Source: Eremomyces bilateralis CBS 781.70 (lineage: Eukaryota). From it: a DNA stretch of 20,000 nucleotides. The translations under genes were made by a program, and so were the position numbers. Location: NCBI GenBank assembly GCA_010015585.1, contig ML975173.1. One strand, 5' to 3'. How positions within the stretch are numbered: position 1 is the first letter of the stretch; each line of letters begins with the position of its first letter. Below the pieces are notes generated by a model. It saw nothing but the letters and a program-made list of their open reading frames with translations. It was not told the origin of the DNA and ran no database searches. Below are positions 11,421-20,000 of this stretch, one piece after another.

Positions 11421-13033
11421 CTATTCCTTGTCCTGGAAGAACTCAACCATAACATCTTCTGCAGGCTGCAGCACAATATCCGCTCTCATCCTTGGCATAA
11501 CCCCTCCCATACGGTCCTCAACTCGGGTATACGTCTGGAACACTCTCGTGAGGGTATAGCCCATCTCCGTCAAGGCGAACTGCTGGCCGATACAGATTCT
11601 TGGCCCTCCGTTGAAGGGGATGTACGTCCAACTCTTGGGCGTCCAACCATCCCATCGCTCGGGGACGAACGAATTGACGGGAGGGAAGCCGGAAGATTCC
11701 GAAGGGTAGAGGTCAGGTCGTCGCTGCATCAAAAGGGTTGAGTAGCCGATCGGCGTATCTTTCAATATCCCAATCGGCTCATTGCCGTCCGGTCCACCGC
11801 CTCGAGGAAGAGTCGTATCCTTCAGCGCCAATCGAACGTTGAAGGGAACCACCGGATACAAACGGAGGATCTCATTGATGACATGCTATGATCCGGATTA
11901 GCTCCTCCAAACCCCAAGCCATCGAAATCCAAGGGCCAACTTACTTGCAGATAACGCATGCTTTTCAAATCCTCGTACGAAGGTTGACGAGTTGGTCCGA
12001 CGACGGCCAAGATCTCTTCTCTCAGCTTCTTCACAACATTCGGTGCGTGGCTGAGTTCGTGGATGGTCCACATCAGAGTACAGGCTGTCGTATCTCGCCC
12101 AGCCAGCAAGACCGCTACAAGCTGGTCGCGGAGGACTTTCTTATCTTTCGTATAGTTTGCAAGTGCATGCAGGAAAGTATAGCCCTCCTCTGTCTTGCCT
12201 TTGCTTTCCAGCTCTTCCGGTGACAGAGCTATGGTACGCTCGATGATGGGTTGAAGGAATTCCTCCATCCTTCCCAGGCAAGCATAGAAGTTTTTCCGAG
12301 GAATCAACCAATTCAGGCTGCCGGCTCTTGTGATGATGCTCTGGATCCGTTGGACTTCGGCAAAATCATTTGCGAATTTGTTCTCTTCCATTTCCAAACT
12401 GTCCACGCTTTTTCCAAGGAGAAAATCCGTCGCAGCATCCAACGTGTATTTGAAAAAGAGATCGGAGACGTTGACCGAAGCACCGTTCGCACGCCCCCGG
12501 AATTTTGGGATCAACTTCTGGACATGGGTCTCGAACGTATGAATATCGCTCAGTCGATCCTTGATGAATTGAGGGCGGATCAGTTGCCTTGAGTTGTGCC
12601 ATAATTGACCGTCGGTGACGAAGATGCTGTCACCAAGGAAGTCCTTCCATTCCTGATGGAAGGGTTCTCCCTTACCGTAGTCGCCGAACTGAGTGGCTAG
12701 AATCGCCTTGATGTTGTCCGGATCGGCGGTCAGGATAATTCGTCGCCCTCCTGCACTCGATTCGACCGTGTATGGGTTGTTTTTGTTCCCATAATTGAGC
12801 ATGAGATCGCGCCAAAGTTCGAGATTCTTGTGCTCCCGCGCTGCTTTAATGGCACTGTAGATGAAGTTCAGTCCGAATGGAACGAAGGTAAATCTGCTTG
12901 GCGCTCGATGACCCAACTTTCGGATCTTGTAATCCGCATACGCGGTTAATGTGACATGGCGCACCACCAGGAAGGCCCCAAGCAATATAAGGACCTTCCC
13001 TGCTGTCAACTGGGAGAGAATTTGTTCGATCAT
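11421..13033 (-). CDS. Cytochrome P450, CYP52 clan (alkane/fatty-acid hydroxylase-like), ~517 aa. Exons 13033-11945 and 11885-11421
   Basis: N-terminal membrane anchor, I-helix LLAGRDTTA, ExxR (EILR, restored by splicing the 59-nt intron 11944-11886, GTAAGT...GCTAAT...TAG), PERW, heme motif PFNGGPRICIGQQFAL. Exact family (CYP52/539/584) not resolvable by eye. Confidence 0.95.
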
Positions 13034-13266
13034 GTTGGTATGTGCAACGGATGTGACAGGAAACTGTCACGATGTCACCGCCCGATGAAAGAAAAGGAGT
13101 ACAGGCAAGAAAGGAGCGATAGGACGGAGAGAAGTACCTCAGCTCTCTCTCACATGTGCAGCCTAGGCAAGATATATCCACATGGCCTTTAGTAAGAATC
13201 AACCAATGAACATGGTTTGATTCAACATTGAAAGCAGGACATGGCCCGGGTACGGAGCATCATTCC

Positions 13267-13482
13267 CCCCACCGCTCTGATCGGAGTTCGGACAGACTGA
13301 CCGAAGCGAGACTCAGCATCGCGCTTGAGCGATAGTATGGGTCCTATTGGTCAACTTTGCAAGGAACTTCGGGTTTGAAGGGGCGCAAAATGAATTGTCA
13401 TAAGAAGACCGGAAGTATCCCGCGGAATCACTCACGACTGCGGGGTTTGAGGTATGTACAGCGTACTACCGGTATTGCGGGG
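13267..13482. promoter_or_regulatory. Three candidate CreA/Mig1 (SYGGRG) sites in the divergent P450 / GRYLWTDAF intergenic region
   Basis: CCCCAC at 13267-13272 (GTGGGG on minus), GCGGGG at 13440-13445 and 13477-13482. Short motif, so could be chance. Confidence 0.3.
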
Positions 13483-13585
13483 AGGACCATGGAGAGTTGG
13501 ATCAGCCCATCATGAATTCATGGTTCATGTACTCCTGATCCGATTTGATGATGTTTCTAGGGGAAGAGTCTGACATGGATGCACT

Positions 13586-13720
13586 ACTAATATTGTTCTA
13601 TATTTAAATCATTTTTAATAAGGAATAGTAGTTAACTATTGATAGTAGGTTAAAACTTAAAAGGACTCAAATGATAAGGGAGATGGATTTTTTGTCTTCA
13701 AAATTCTACAAGGAATTGAC
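13586..13720. other. AT-rich, TpA-rich island (possible RIP-degraded remnant or nucleosome-free spacer)
   Basis: ctaatattgttctatatttaaatcatttttaataaggaatagtagttaactattgatagtaggttaaaacttaaaagg is visibly far more AT-rich than its flanks. Confidence 0.5.
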
Positions 13721-14083
13721 TGTAGACCTCGTATCAGTACCCGACAAGTATACAACGTTCTGCTCGGGATATTTATTTCAAAAGTCAAATGCACCAGTTG
13801 GTGAAAAGCCTAGTTGGTGTCTGCAGAGGGCTGCCGGCTCCTGGAGCCGAGTGGAGCGTGGCTGTCTGGGCACGGAGCTCTCGCGAATGGGCCCTTGTCG
13901 TACGCCGTGATCGATGAAATCATGTACCTGTCATAGAATCAAACAATAGGAAATTTACCGGAAAGGACATGAACCTTCTCTGACAATGGAAGAACTCTCA
14001 ATTCTCCATGTTCCGATTGAGGATCAATCGCTGTCGTCTGTTCAAAAAGTCAACTTTCATCCAAGGTGTTTCCGACAGCCAGA

Positions 14084-15286
14084 ATGGCATCACAAGATGC
14101 ATCTCCGGCGAAGTTTGACCGAGCCATGAAGCAGATCTACAAGTATGATCTGAATTCTTCGTCTCCATGGACCGTTCCTCCTTGTTCGGCGGGACATCGT
14201 GGCCGATACCTGTGGACTGGTGAGTTGGTCGGATGCTGGGACCCCAATTCCATACGTTCACCTCCTTTCTAACGAATTGGAGACGCGTTTGGTGTGGTCA
14301 ACTTTCTGACCCTCTACCGCCAGACTGAGTCAGACAGATATCTCGAGTACGCCAAATCGCTAGTAGATGCTGTCCATAACTCCCTTGGTCGAACGCGTGA
14401 TGGGAAGTCCTTCCTACCCGGTGCCAGTCCCGACAATCCGATGGGCGGTGGATTGCGCATTGGTAAGGAGGAAGAGAGCGGCCCGGATGAGGATGGTCAG
14501 TATCATCATTATCTGACGCTCTGGATGTTTGCGTTGAATCGGCTTTCGATCGCCACGACCGATCGATCCTACAATAACCAAGCGATCGCTTTGGCCAAAG
14601 CCATCCACCCGCGGTTCGTTTATAATCGTGGAAGCAACAGGCCTCGCATGTATTGGAAGATGTCTATGGACCTGTCGGAGCCTCTTGTGCGAAGTGAGGG
14701 TAATCTGGACCCCATGGATGGATACGTCGTCTTTCGTCTGCTCCAGTCGACGGGCGGTGACAGTCAAATGTTAGCCAATGAGATTGGCGAGTACGAGAAG
14801 ATTGTACGAACCAAATGGCAGGGCTATTCGAGTACCGATCCCCTCGATCTAGGAATGTCGCTTTGGACGGTGCATTGGTTCTCTGGAGAGGAATGGGCGG
14901 ATGGAATTCTGGAGAGCGCGGTCCGAGACCTAAAGCGGCTGTTCAAACTCGGCGGGTTTGAAGGGCCACAGCAACGGAGACTTGCCTTTCGAGATTTCGG
15001 GACATGCTTAGGCATCGAATGCTCAACCACTGGTACAGCATGGCGATCCCGAGCCAAATCCATCACTGATAGCTGGGAGCACGGTGGTCTGGTTCCGGTC
15101 CGGTCGGATAACGCAGTATCGGTCGGGATGAATGCCGAAGATGAACTCACCCCGATCAATACGGTCATGTATGCTGCTGCGCTCATTCCTGGAGGTATGC
15201 AAAATGAAGTCCCCCATTGTTTCAATTGGTGTTGAAGACCATGCATGGCTAACAACAAAGCAGCATTTAAGCGAGACTTCTTTTGA
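14084..15286 (+). CDS. Conserved uncharacterised protein (GRYLWTDAF...GGLRIGK...DGQYHHYLTLW family), probable six-hairpin (alpha/alpha)6-like fold, ~356 aa. Exons 14084-14219, 14283-15194, 15264-15286
   Basis: Intron 14220-14282 (GTGAGT...CTAAC...GAG) joins GHRGRYLWT to DAFGVVNFLTL. Intron 15195-15263 (GTATGC...GCTAAC...CAG) gives the C-terminus LIPGAFKRDFF*. Repeated hairpin motifs LYRQTESDRYLEYAKSL and LSIATTDRSYNNQAIAL. No signal peptide. Confidence 0.85.
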
Positions 15287-15637
15287 TTGATGCAGGGAAA
15301 TTGACCTGGACCTCCCAGCCACCAGCATCGTACATGGGGAAGAACTTCGGCAACGACGGATGTGGCTGACGTCATTGCATCATGCGCCGTTGGCGGGAAA
15401 TGAAGCCGCGACGACTGGTAATTTGCTGCCTCCCCACACGCAAGGAGCATGAAAAGGTCTGCTCATCAGGATCTTGGGGCTTGGGGCTGGGACTTGAAAT
15501 GTCTGATGACGCCTCCCCCTCTTTCGTATTCGCCTTGAACCTTATCTTGTTCGTCGTCAGGTTGAATAAAAGGACTTAAGGTTCGGATTGTAAATCATTA
15601 ATCAAGCAAGCGCATATCATATTCCAAGTCGTCAAAT

Positions 15638-16213
15638 ATGGCAGTCGATTTTATTTTGCCGTTGCGCGCCGCTCAAGGTGTCTTGGCCCTCCTCCTTCTA
15701 GGTTTGACAGCATACGGTATGAAGAGACCGATTTGCGTTCCAGTGATGGGAAGCTAATGTGATCGTAGCTGCATCCGACTGGGCTGATGGAGTATGGTCG
15801 CCATCTGACTTGAACTTCAACGTCTTCGCCTCGGTCTGGACGCTCCTGGTGCTCGCCTATCTGGTCGTCGCACCACTCCGGTTTCCTAAATTCGCCCACA
15901 AGTTCGGCATCCTCGCAGCCGACGCCATCACCATGATTTTCTGGTTTGCGGGATTCATCGCATTGGCCGTGATGGTGAACAACTGGGGCTGTAAGCATTA
16001 CGGACCATGCCGTGCGGCCATCGCAGCGAGCGTGTTTGGGGCAATTGAATGGTAAGTCATCCAGGATTTCCAGCGAAAGGTCTCCTAACGATCCTTAGGC
16101 TTCTGTTCGTTGCAAGTACAGTCATGGCGGCCCTTCATGTTATGCGGACAAGGCACTCGCATAGTGGAACCCACGATCCGGGGATGGAAGTGCACCCAAA
16201 TGTTGGCACTTGA
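15638..16213 (+). CDS. MARVEL-domain four-TM membrane protein (Nce102-like superfamily), ~158 aa. Exons 15638-15716, 15769-16051, 16099-16213
   Basis: Spliced product MAVDFILPLRAAQGVLALLLLGLTAYAASDW...NFNVFASVWTLL...DAITMIFWFAGFIALA...CRAAIAASVFGAIEWLLFVASTV...VGT*. Canonical introns 15717-15768 and 16052-16098. The LR..Q, FWFAGFIALA and C...A..FG...W.LF patterns are typical of fungal MARVEL proteins. Confidence 0.88.
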
Positions 16214-17370
16214 AGGAATTGATATCGGTAGCAGAGGAGCAAGTTTGTCTTGGATAATGCAAATGGCGGAGGAGAGCGCGTCTCATCATCTCCTGTTTCT
16301 TGCGAGGGCGTTCAAGATGGATGATACCCAATTGTAGTTACGGGTAGGTAATGCAAGATCTAGTGTTTAGAGTCCGTTTCTACACATAGTTAGCAATGAG
16401 CATGCATCATCTAGAAAGCTTCGCCTTTACGTCCGATATCAACATGTGGAAGATGGATCCTGTCGGGTACCTATCATAGGAGTCAGGACGCCGGTCCGAA
16501 CCGCAGCCCGAACCACTATTACAGTTGGTATGAAAGAGCATGAATCGTTGTAAGGTAACCAACCGTCAGGGTCCCAGAGCTTCGAAATGACGTTCATTTA
16601 CACCGGCGACTCAAGGAGAGTTTTAAGAGCACTTTAGAATCAACACTAGCTGACGTGGTGGACAGTTGGCGCTTGAGGTGCAAGTCTATCGGTTCATCGA
16701 TTAGAAACAATATCATGAATGTTGAAGATCTCTGGTAACCTCCCCCTGCGTGATGGGACATCTATCGTACTGTGTACTAGGACGAATCCGAGGTAATTAC
16801 TTTGACTTCACACCAACTTCGAGTCTCCACTACGTACATACCTTGTAATTCTTATAATTCTATGTACGGAATACATTGTGCTCTTCAGCTACTTTCCAAT
16901 ACACGGAACTGTGCCTATCTTGAACATCACATAAGCTTTGCTACTAGTTAGCTGATTTCCGCAGAGCGAACGAAGTGCATCTTGGGTACCACGACAATAT
17001 TTCTATTCTATATGGTAACGCCACTATCGTCGTTTTCTCCTTTAGAAAAGTCATAAAAAGAATCAGCCCAAGTTATCCCACGGGTCATGATGCTAGAAAG
17101 CCTTCGTCCAAAGTATACGTTGTGTTGGAAGCAATTTCAAACACATTCCACCATGGAGGTCGGTACTTGCGGCTGATCAAATTTCCACTTTCGGCGGGTA
17201 TTTGTCGTAAATTACCGCTACTAAACAGACTCTCTAATCCTCTACATTGCCTTGGTAGACTGATGCTCTTGGGTGATGCGGAGTGTCCCTGTGTGAAGGA
17301 ACGAGGGTTGCAGTACTCCATAAACGGGACTAAATTAGAGCAGGAACCTGGAAGGTAGTTAAGTCCCAGA

Positions 17371-17388
17371 TAACTAACTAGTTAGTTA
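17371..17388. repeat. Perfect 18-bp palindrome TAACTAACTAGTTAGTTA
   Basis: The sequence equals its own reverse complement and lies ~380 bp upstream of the NLR start. Confidence 0.9.
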
Positions 17389-17769
17389 ACATATGAATTT
17401 GAACGACAGGTCGCACATCCGTGTTTTTCGATGACCTCCATCTGAGACGGTCCTTAACAGATGTCAACCGTGTGGATCATCAACTTGTAGACATTGCATG
17501 CCAACTACGATGGTGTTAAACATGCACGAGAGAATGGAGTGGTGTCGCAAATTACCTGAGCCGCCAAATCACAACTCTGCCGACATCATATGGTCTTGGT
17601 GTACTCTAGCTCAGCCTTTCGCATCCGAAAGCTCCTATGCAGCCCTGCGCCTGATCACATTGTCCGTCGCAGTACTTTTTAATGCGTCTACGATTCAGCT
17701 AATATGTCGTTCGAATATTCCAGAGCAGCCGTCATGATTCCTTAATAGTGACGATTACTGCGGCCAACG

Positions 17770-20000
17770 ATGCGCCTCTTAAAGCTCAACGGCAACGGCG
17801 GGTTCATCCTGGAGACCTTTGGAACCACGACCCCTCCTTATGCCATACTTTCTCATACATGGGGAAGCGATAGCGATGAAGTCACATTCAAGGACGTCGT
17901 GGACGGTACTGGAAAGAATAAGGCTGGATACCAGAAGCTGGTATTCTGCGGAGACCAAGCCAAGTCCGACAGTCTATCCTATTTCTGGGTGGACACATGC
18001 TGCATCGATAAGTCGGATACCCACGAACTTACGAAGGCAATCAACTCTATGTTTCGCTGGTACCAGAACGCGGCGCGATGCTACGTCTATCTCTTAGACG
18101 TTTCTATACGCACGCAGGATGGGCAGGCTACTCATATCGAGTGGGAGTCTTCTATGCGCAATAGCCGATGGTTCACACGAGGATGGACACTCCAAGAGCT
18201 TCTCGCGCCGAAAATAGTTGAATTCTACTCCCGAGATCACGTCCGACTGGGTGATAGAAAGTCACTCGAACGGCATATCTGCGAGAAAACAGGAATCGCT
18301 CTAGAGGCACTCCAGGGCCGTCCTCTCCATGGTTTCAGCATCGAGGAGAAGTTTCGATGGGTAAAGAGGCGACAAACGACCGAGGAGGAGGACATGGCAT
18401 ACTGTCTCCTTGGAATTTTCGACGTTTTCTTGCCACTTATATATGGCGAAGGGCAAGAGAATGCAATGAGAAGGCTGCGACGAGAGATTAAGAACTCTGA
18501 GCATAAATTGCGGTCATGTGAGGTCTTTGTTATTCTTGTTGTATCTCTATTTGCTAATGTACTCTATTGTTCAGACGAAAAGCTAGCACGTACTATGCCC
18601 TTCGAGCGCAATCTTCGCTTCACCGGTCGCGAATCCGAACTATCTAGAATTGAAAAGCTACTTTCTCGACATGGCCAAACCGCGAAGGTCGCAATTACCG
18701 GACTTGGAGGCGTCGGGAAGACACAATTAGCGATTGAGACGGTCTATCGGACCATGGAGAAACAGAGGGACTGCTCAGTATTTTGGATTCCCGCGACCGA
18801 TCCCGAAACCCTTCTTCAGGCGTACTCGGCAGTCGCCGAAGAGTTGGATATACCCGGAAGAGACGAGCAAGGAGCAGACGTGAAACGTCTAGTTCAGAAC
18901 TACCTTAGTAACGAAAGCGCGGGCCAGTGGCTCGTGGTGTTTGACAACGCCGACGACATGGATATGTGGATAGGAAAACCACCTGAGAGACAACCTATCC
19001 GTCTCCTTGACTATCTCCCAAAGAGCAGGCAAGGAAGCATTCTCTTTACTACGCGAGATAGGAAGGTTGCTACTAAGCTGGCGTCTCAGAGCTTGGTAGA
19101 AGTGCAGGAAATGAACTTAGAAGTGGCTTCGGAGTTATTACAGACATGCTTGATCGGACACGATGTGGCGGCCTGCCAAACAGATACTGAAGCCTTACTC
19201 ACACAGCTGACTAACCTTCCGCTCGCCATTGTTCAGGCGGCAGCGTATATCAATGCGAACGGTACCTCGATTGCGGACTATCTTTCCTTACTTAATGAGC
19301 AGGATAAGTCTACGATTGAACTTCTCAGCGAAGACTTTGAGGATGACGGCAGATACCGCAACATTAAGAACCCAGTAGCTACTACATGGCTGATATCGTT
19401 CGAGCGAATTCAGCAGCACGATTCTTTGGCAGCAGACTACTTATCTTTAATGGCATGTATTGAGCCAAAAGATATCCCGCAGAGTCTTTTTCCGCCTGGC
19501 CCATCTCGCAAGAAGGAGATAGACGCTATCGGGACACTTCACGCGTATTCATTTATTAGTAAACGTCCAGCAGGTCTTACGGTCGATCTTCATCGGTTAG
19601 TGCATATATCTACTCGTAACTGGCTTCAAGAGAACGATCAACTGGTCCAGTGGACAGAGAAAGCAGTTGTGCGACTAGAGGAAGTTTTTCCCGACAATAC
19701 CCACACCAACAGGAGCATATGGAGGGCATACCTGCCGCATGTGCGCATTGTACTACAGTCTGACCTCGTTCAGAAGGATTCAAAGAAGAGGATTAATCTC
19801 CAATGGAGATATGGAACGTGCCTCGACGCCGACGGACGATGGAGTGAGGCAGAGGTCGCCTATTCCCAGGTCCTCGAGATGGAAGAGAAGGAGTTTGGCG
19901 CAGAACATCCTTCCACGCTGACCAGCATGGCCAATCTGGCGTCGACTTTTTGGAATCAAGGCCGGTGGGATGCCGCGGAAGAGTTGGAGGTGCAAGTGAT
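17770..20000 (+). CDS. Fungal NLR-like protein: HET effector domain - NB-ARC - TPR repeats (3' partial). Probable intron 18518-18574
   Basis: Stop-free frame from ATG 17770 to the window end, so absent from the ORF track. HET motifs: MRLL, PPYAILSHTW, YFWVDTCCIDK, AINSMFRWYQNAARCYVYLLDV, SRWFTRGWTLQELLAP. NB-ARC: FTGRESEL, Walker A GLGGVGKT (18700-18723), Walker B WLVVFDNAD, ILFTTR, LPLAIVQAAAYI, LHRLVH. TPR: GRWSEAEVAYSQVLEMEEKEFGAEHPSTLTSMANLASTFWNQGRWDAAEEL. Confidence 0.95.
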   Translation, partial: MRLLKLNGNGGFILETFGTTTPPYAILSHTWGSDSDEVTFKDVVDGTGKNKAGYQKLVFCGDQAKSDSLSYFWVDTCCIDKSDTHELTKAINSMFRWYQNAARCYVYLLDVSIRTQDGQATHIEWESSMRNSRWFTRGWTLQELLAPKIVEFYSRDHVRLGDRKSLERHICEKTGIALEALQGRPLHGFSIEEKFRWVKRRQTTEEEDMAYCLLGIFDVFLPLIYGEGQENAMRRLRREIKNSEHKLRSCEVFVILVVSLFANVLYCSDEKLARTMPFERNLRFTGRESELSRIEKLLSRHGQTAKVAITGLGGVGKTQLAIETVYRTMEKQRDCSVFWIPATDPETLLQAYSAVAEELDIPGRDEQGADVKRLVQNYLSNESAGQWLVVFDNADDMDMWIGKPPERQPIRLLDYLPKSRQGSILFTTRDRKVATKLASQSLVEVQEMNLEVASELLQTCLIGHDVAACQTDTEALLTQLTNLPLAIVQAAAYINANGTSIADYLSLLNEQDKSTIELLSEDFEDDGRYRNIKNPVATTWLISFERIQQHDSLAADYLSLMACIEPKDIPQSLFPPGPSRKKEIDAIGTLHAYSFISKRPAGLTVDLHRLVHISTRNWLQENDQLVQWTEKAVVRLEEVFPDNTHTNRSIWRAYLPHVRIVLQSDLVQKDSKKRINLQWRYGTCLDADGRWSEAEVAYSQVLEMEEKEFGAEHPSTLTSMANLASTFWNQGRWDAAEELEVQV
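19834..20000 (+). repeat. Start of the 42-aa (126-bp) TPR repeat array of the NLR
   Basis: GRW motifs start at 19834 and 19960, 126 bp apart. The G.EHPSTLTSMANLA consensus is typical of fungal NB-ARC-TPR proteins. Confidence 0.85.

Noticed and set aside
14824..15450. 208-aa minus-strand ORF
   Set aside because: Antisense to the well-formed GRYLWTDAF gene.
16975..17737. Small ORFs upstream of the NLR as a possible amyloid-signalling, HeLo or gasdermin partner
   Set aside because: No HET-s/PP/sigma-like motif or effector domain is recognisable, and the NLR already carries its own HET effector domain.
13560..20000. Starship or other large mobile element carrying the right-hand genes
   Set aside because: No tyrosine-recombinase captain, transposase, 5S target or terminal repeats are visible in this window. 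It cannot be excluded beyond the edge.

Overview
Eukaryotic DNA from a filamentous ascomycete (short GT-AG introns with CTRAY branch points). Seven spliced protein-coding genes could be reconstructed by hand, and two of them are missing from the ORF track because they run off the window edges. The left part (1-13.0 kb, all minus strand) looks like core genome. It holds a secreted Ser/Thr-rich mucin-like protein with 44-aa repeats (partial), a kinesin-10/Kid-type motor with C-terminal HhH motifs, an Usv1/Rgm1/Rsv1-type C2H2 transcription factor with a 3.7-kb gene-free upstream region, and a CYP52-clan P450. After a short AT-rich island at ~13.6 kb the genes switch to the plus strand and look more accessory. 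They are an uncharacterised cytosolic 'GRYLWTDAF' protein with alpha/alpha-toroid-like helical repeats, a 4-TM MARVEL protein, and a HET-NB-ARC-TPR fungal NLR (partial). The NLR has a stop-free 57-nt in-frame intron exactly between its HET and NB-ARC domains. No rRNA, tRNA, CRISPR array or intact transposon was found.
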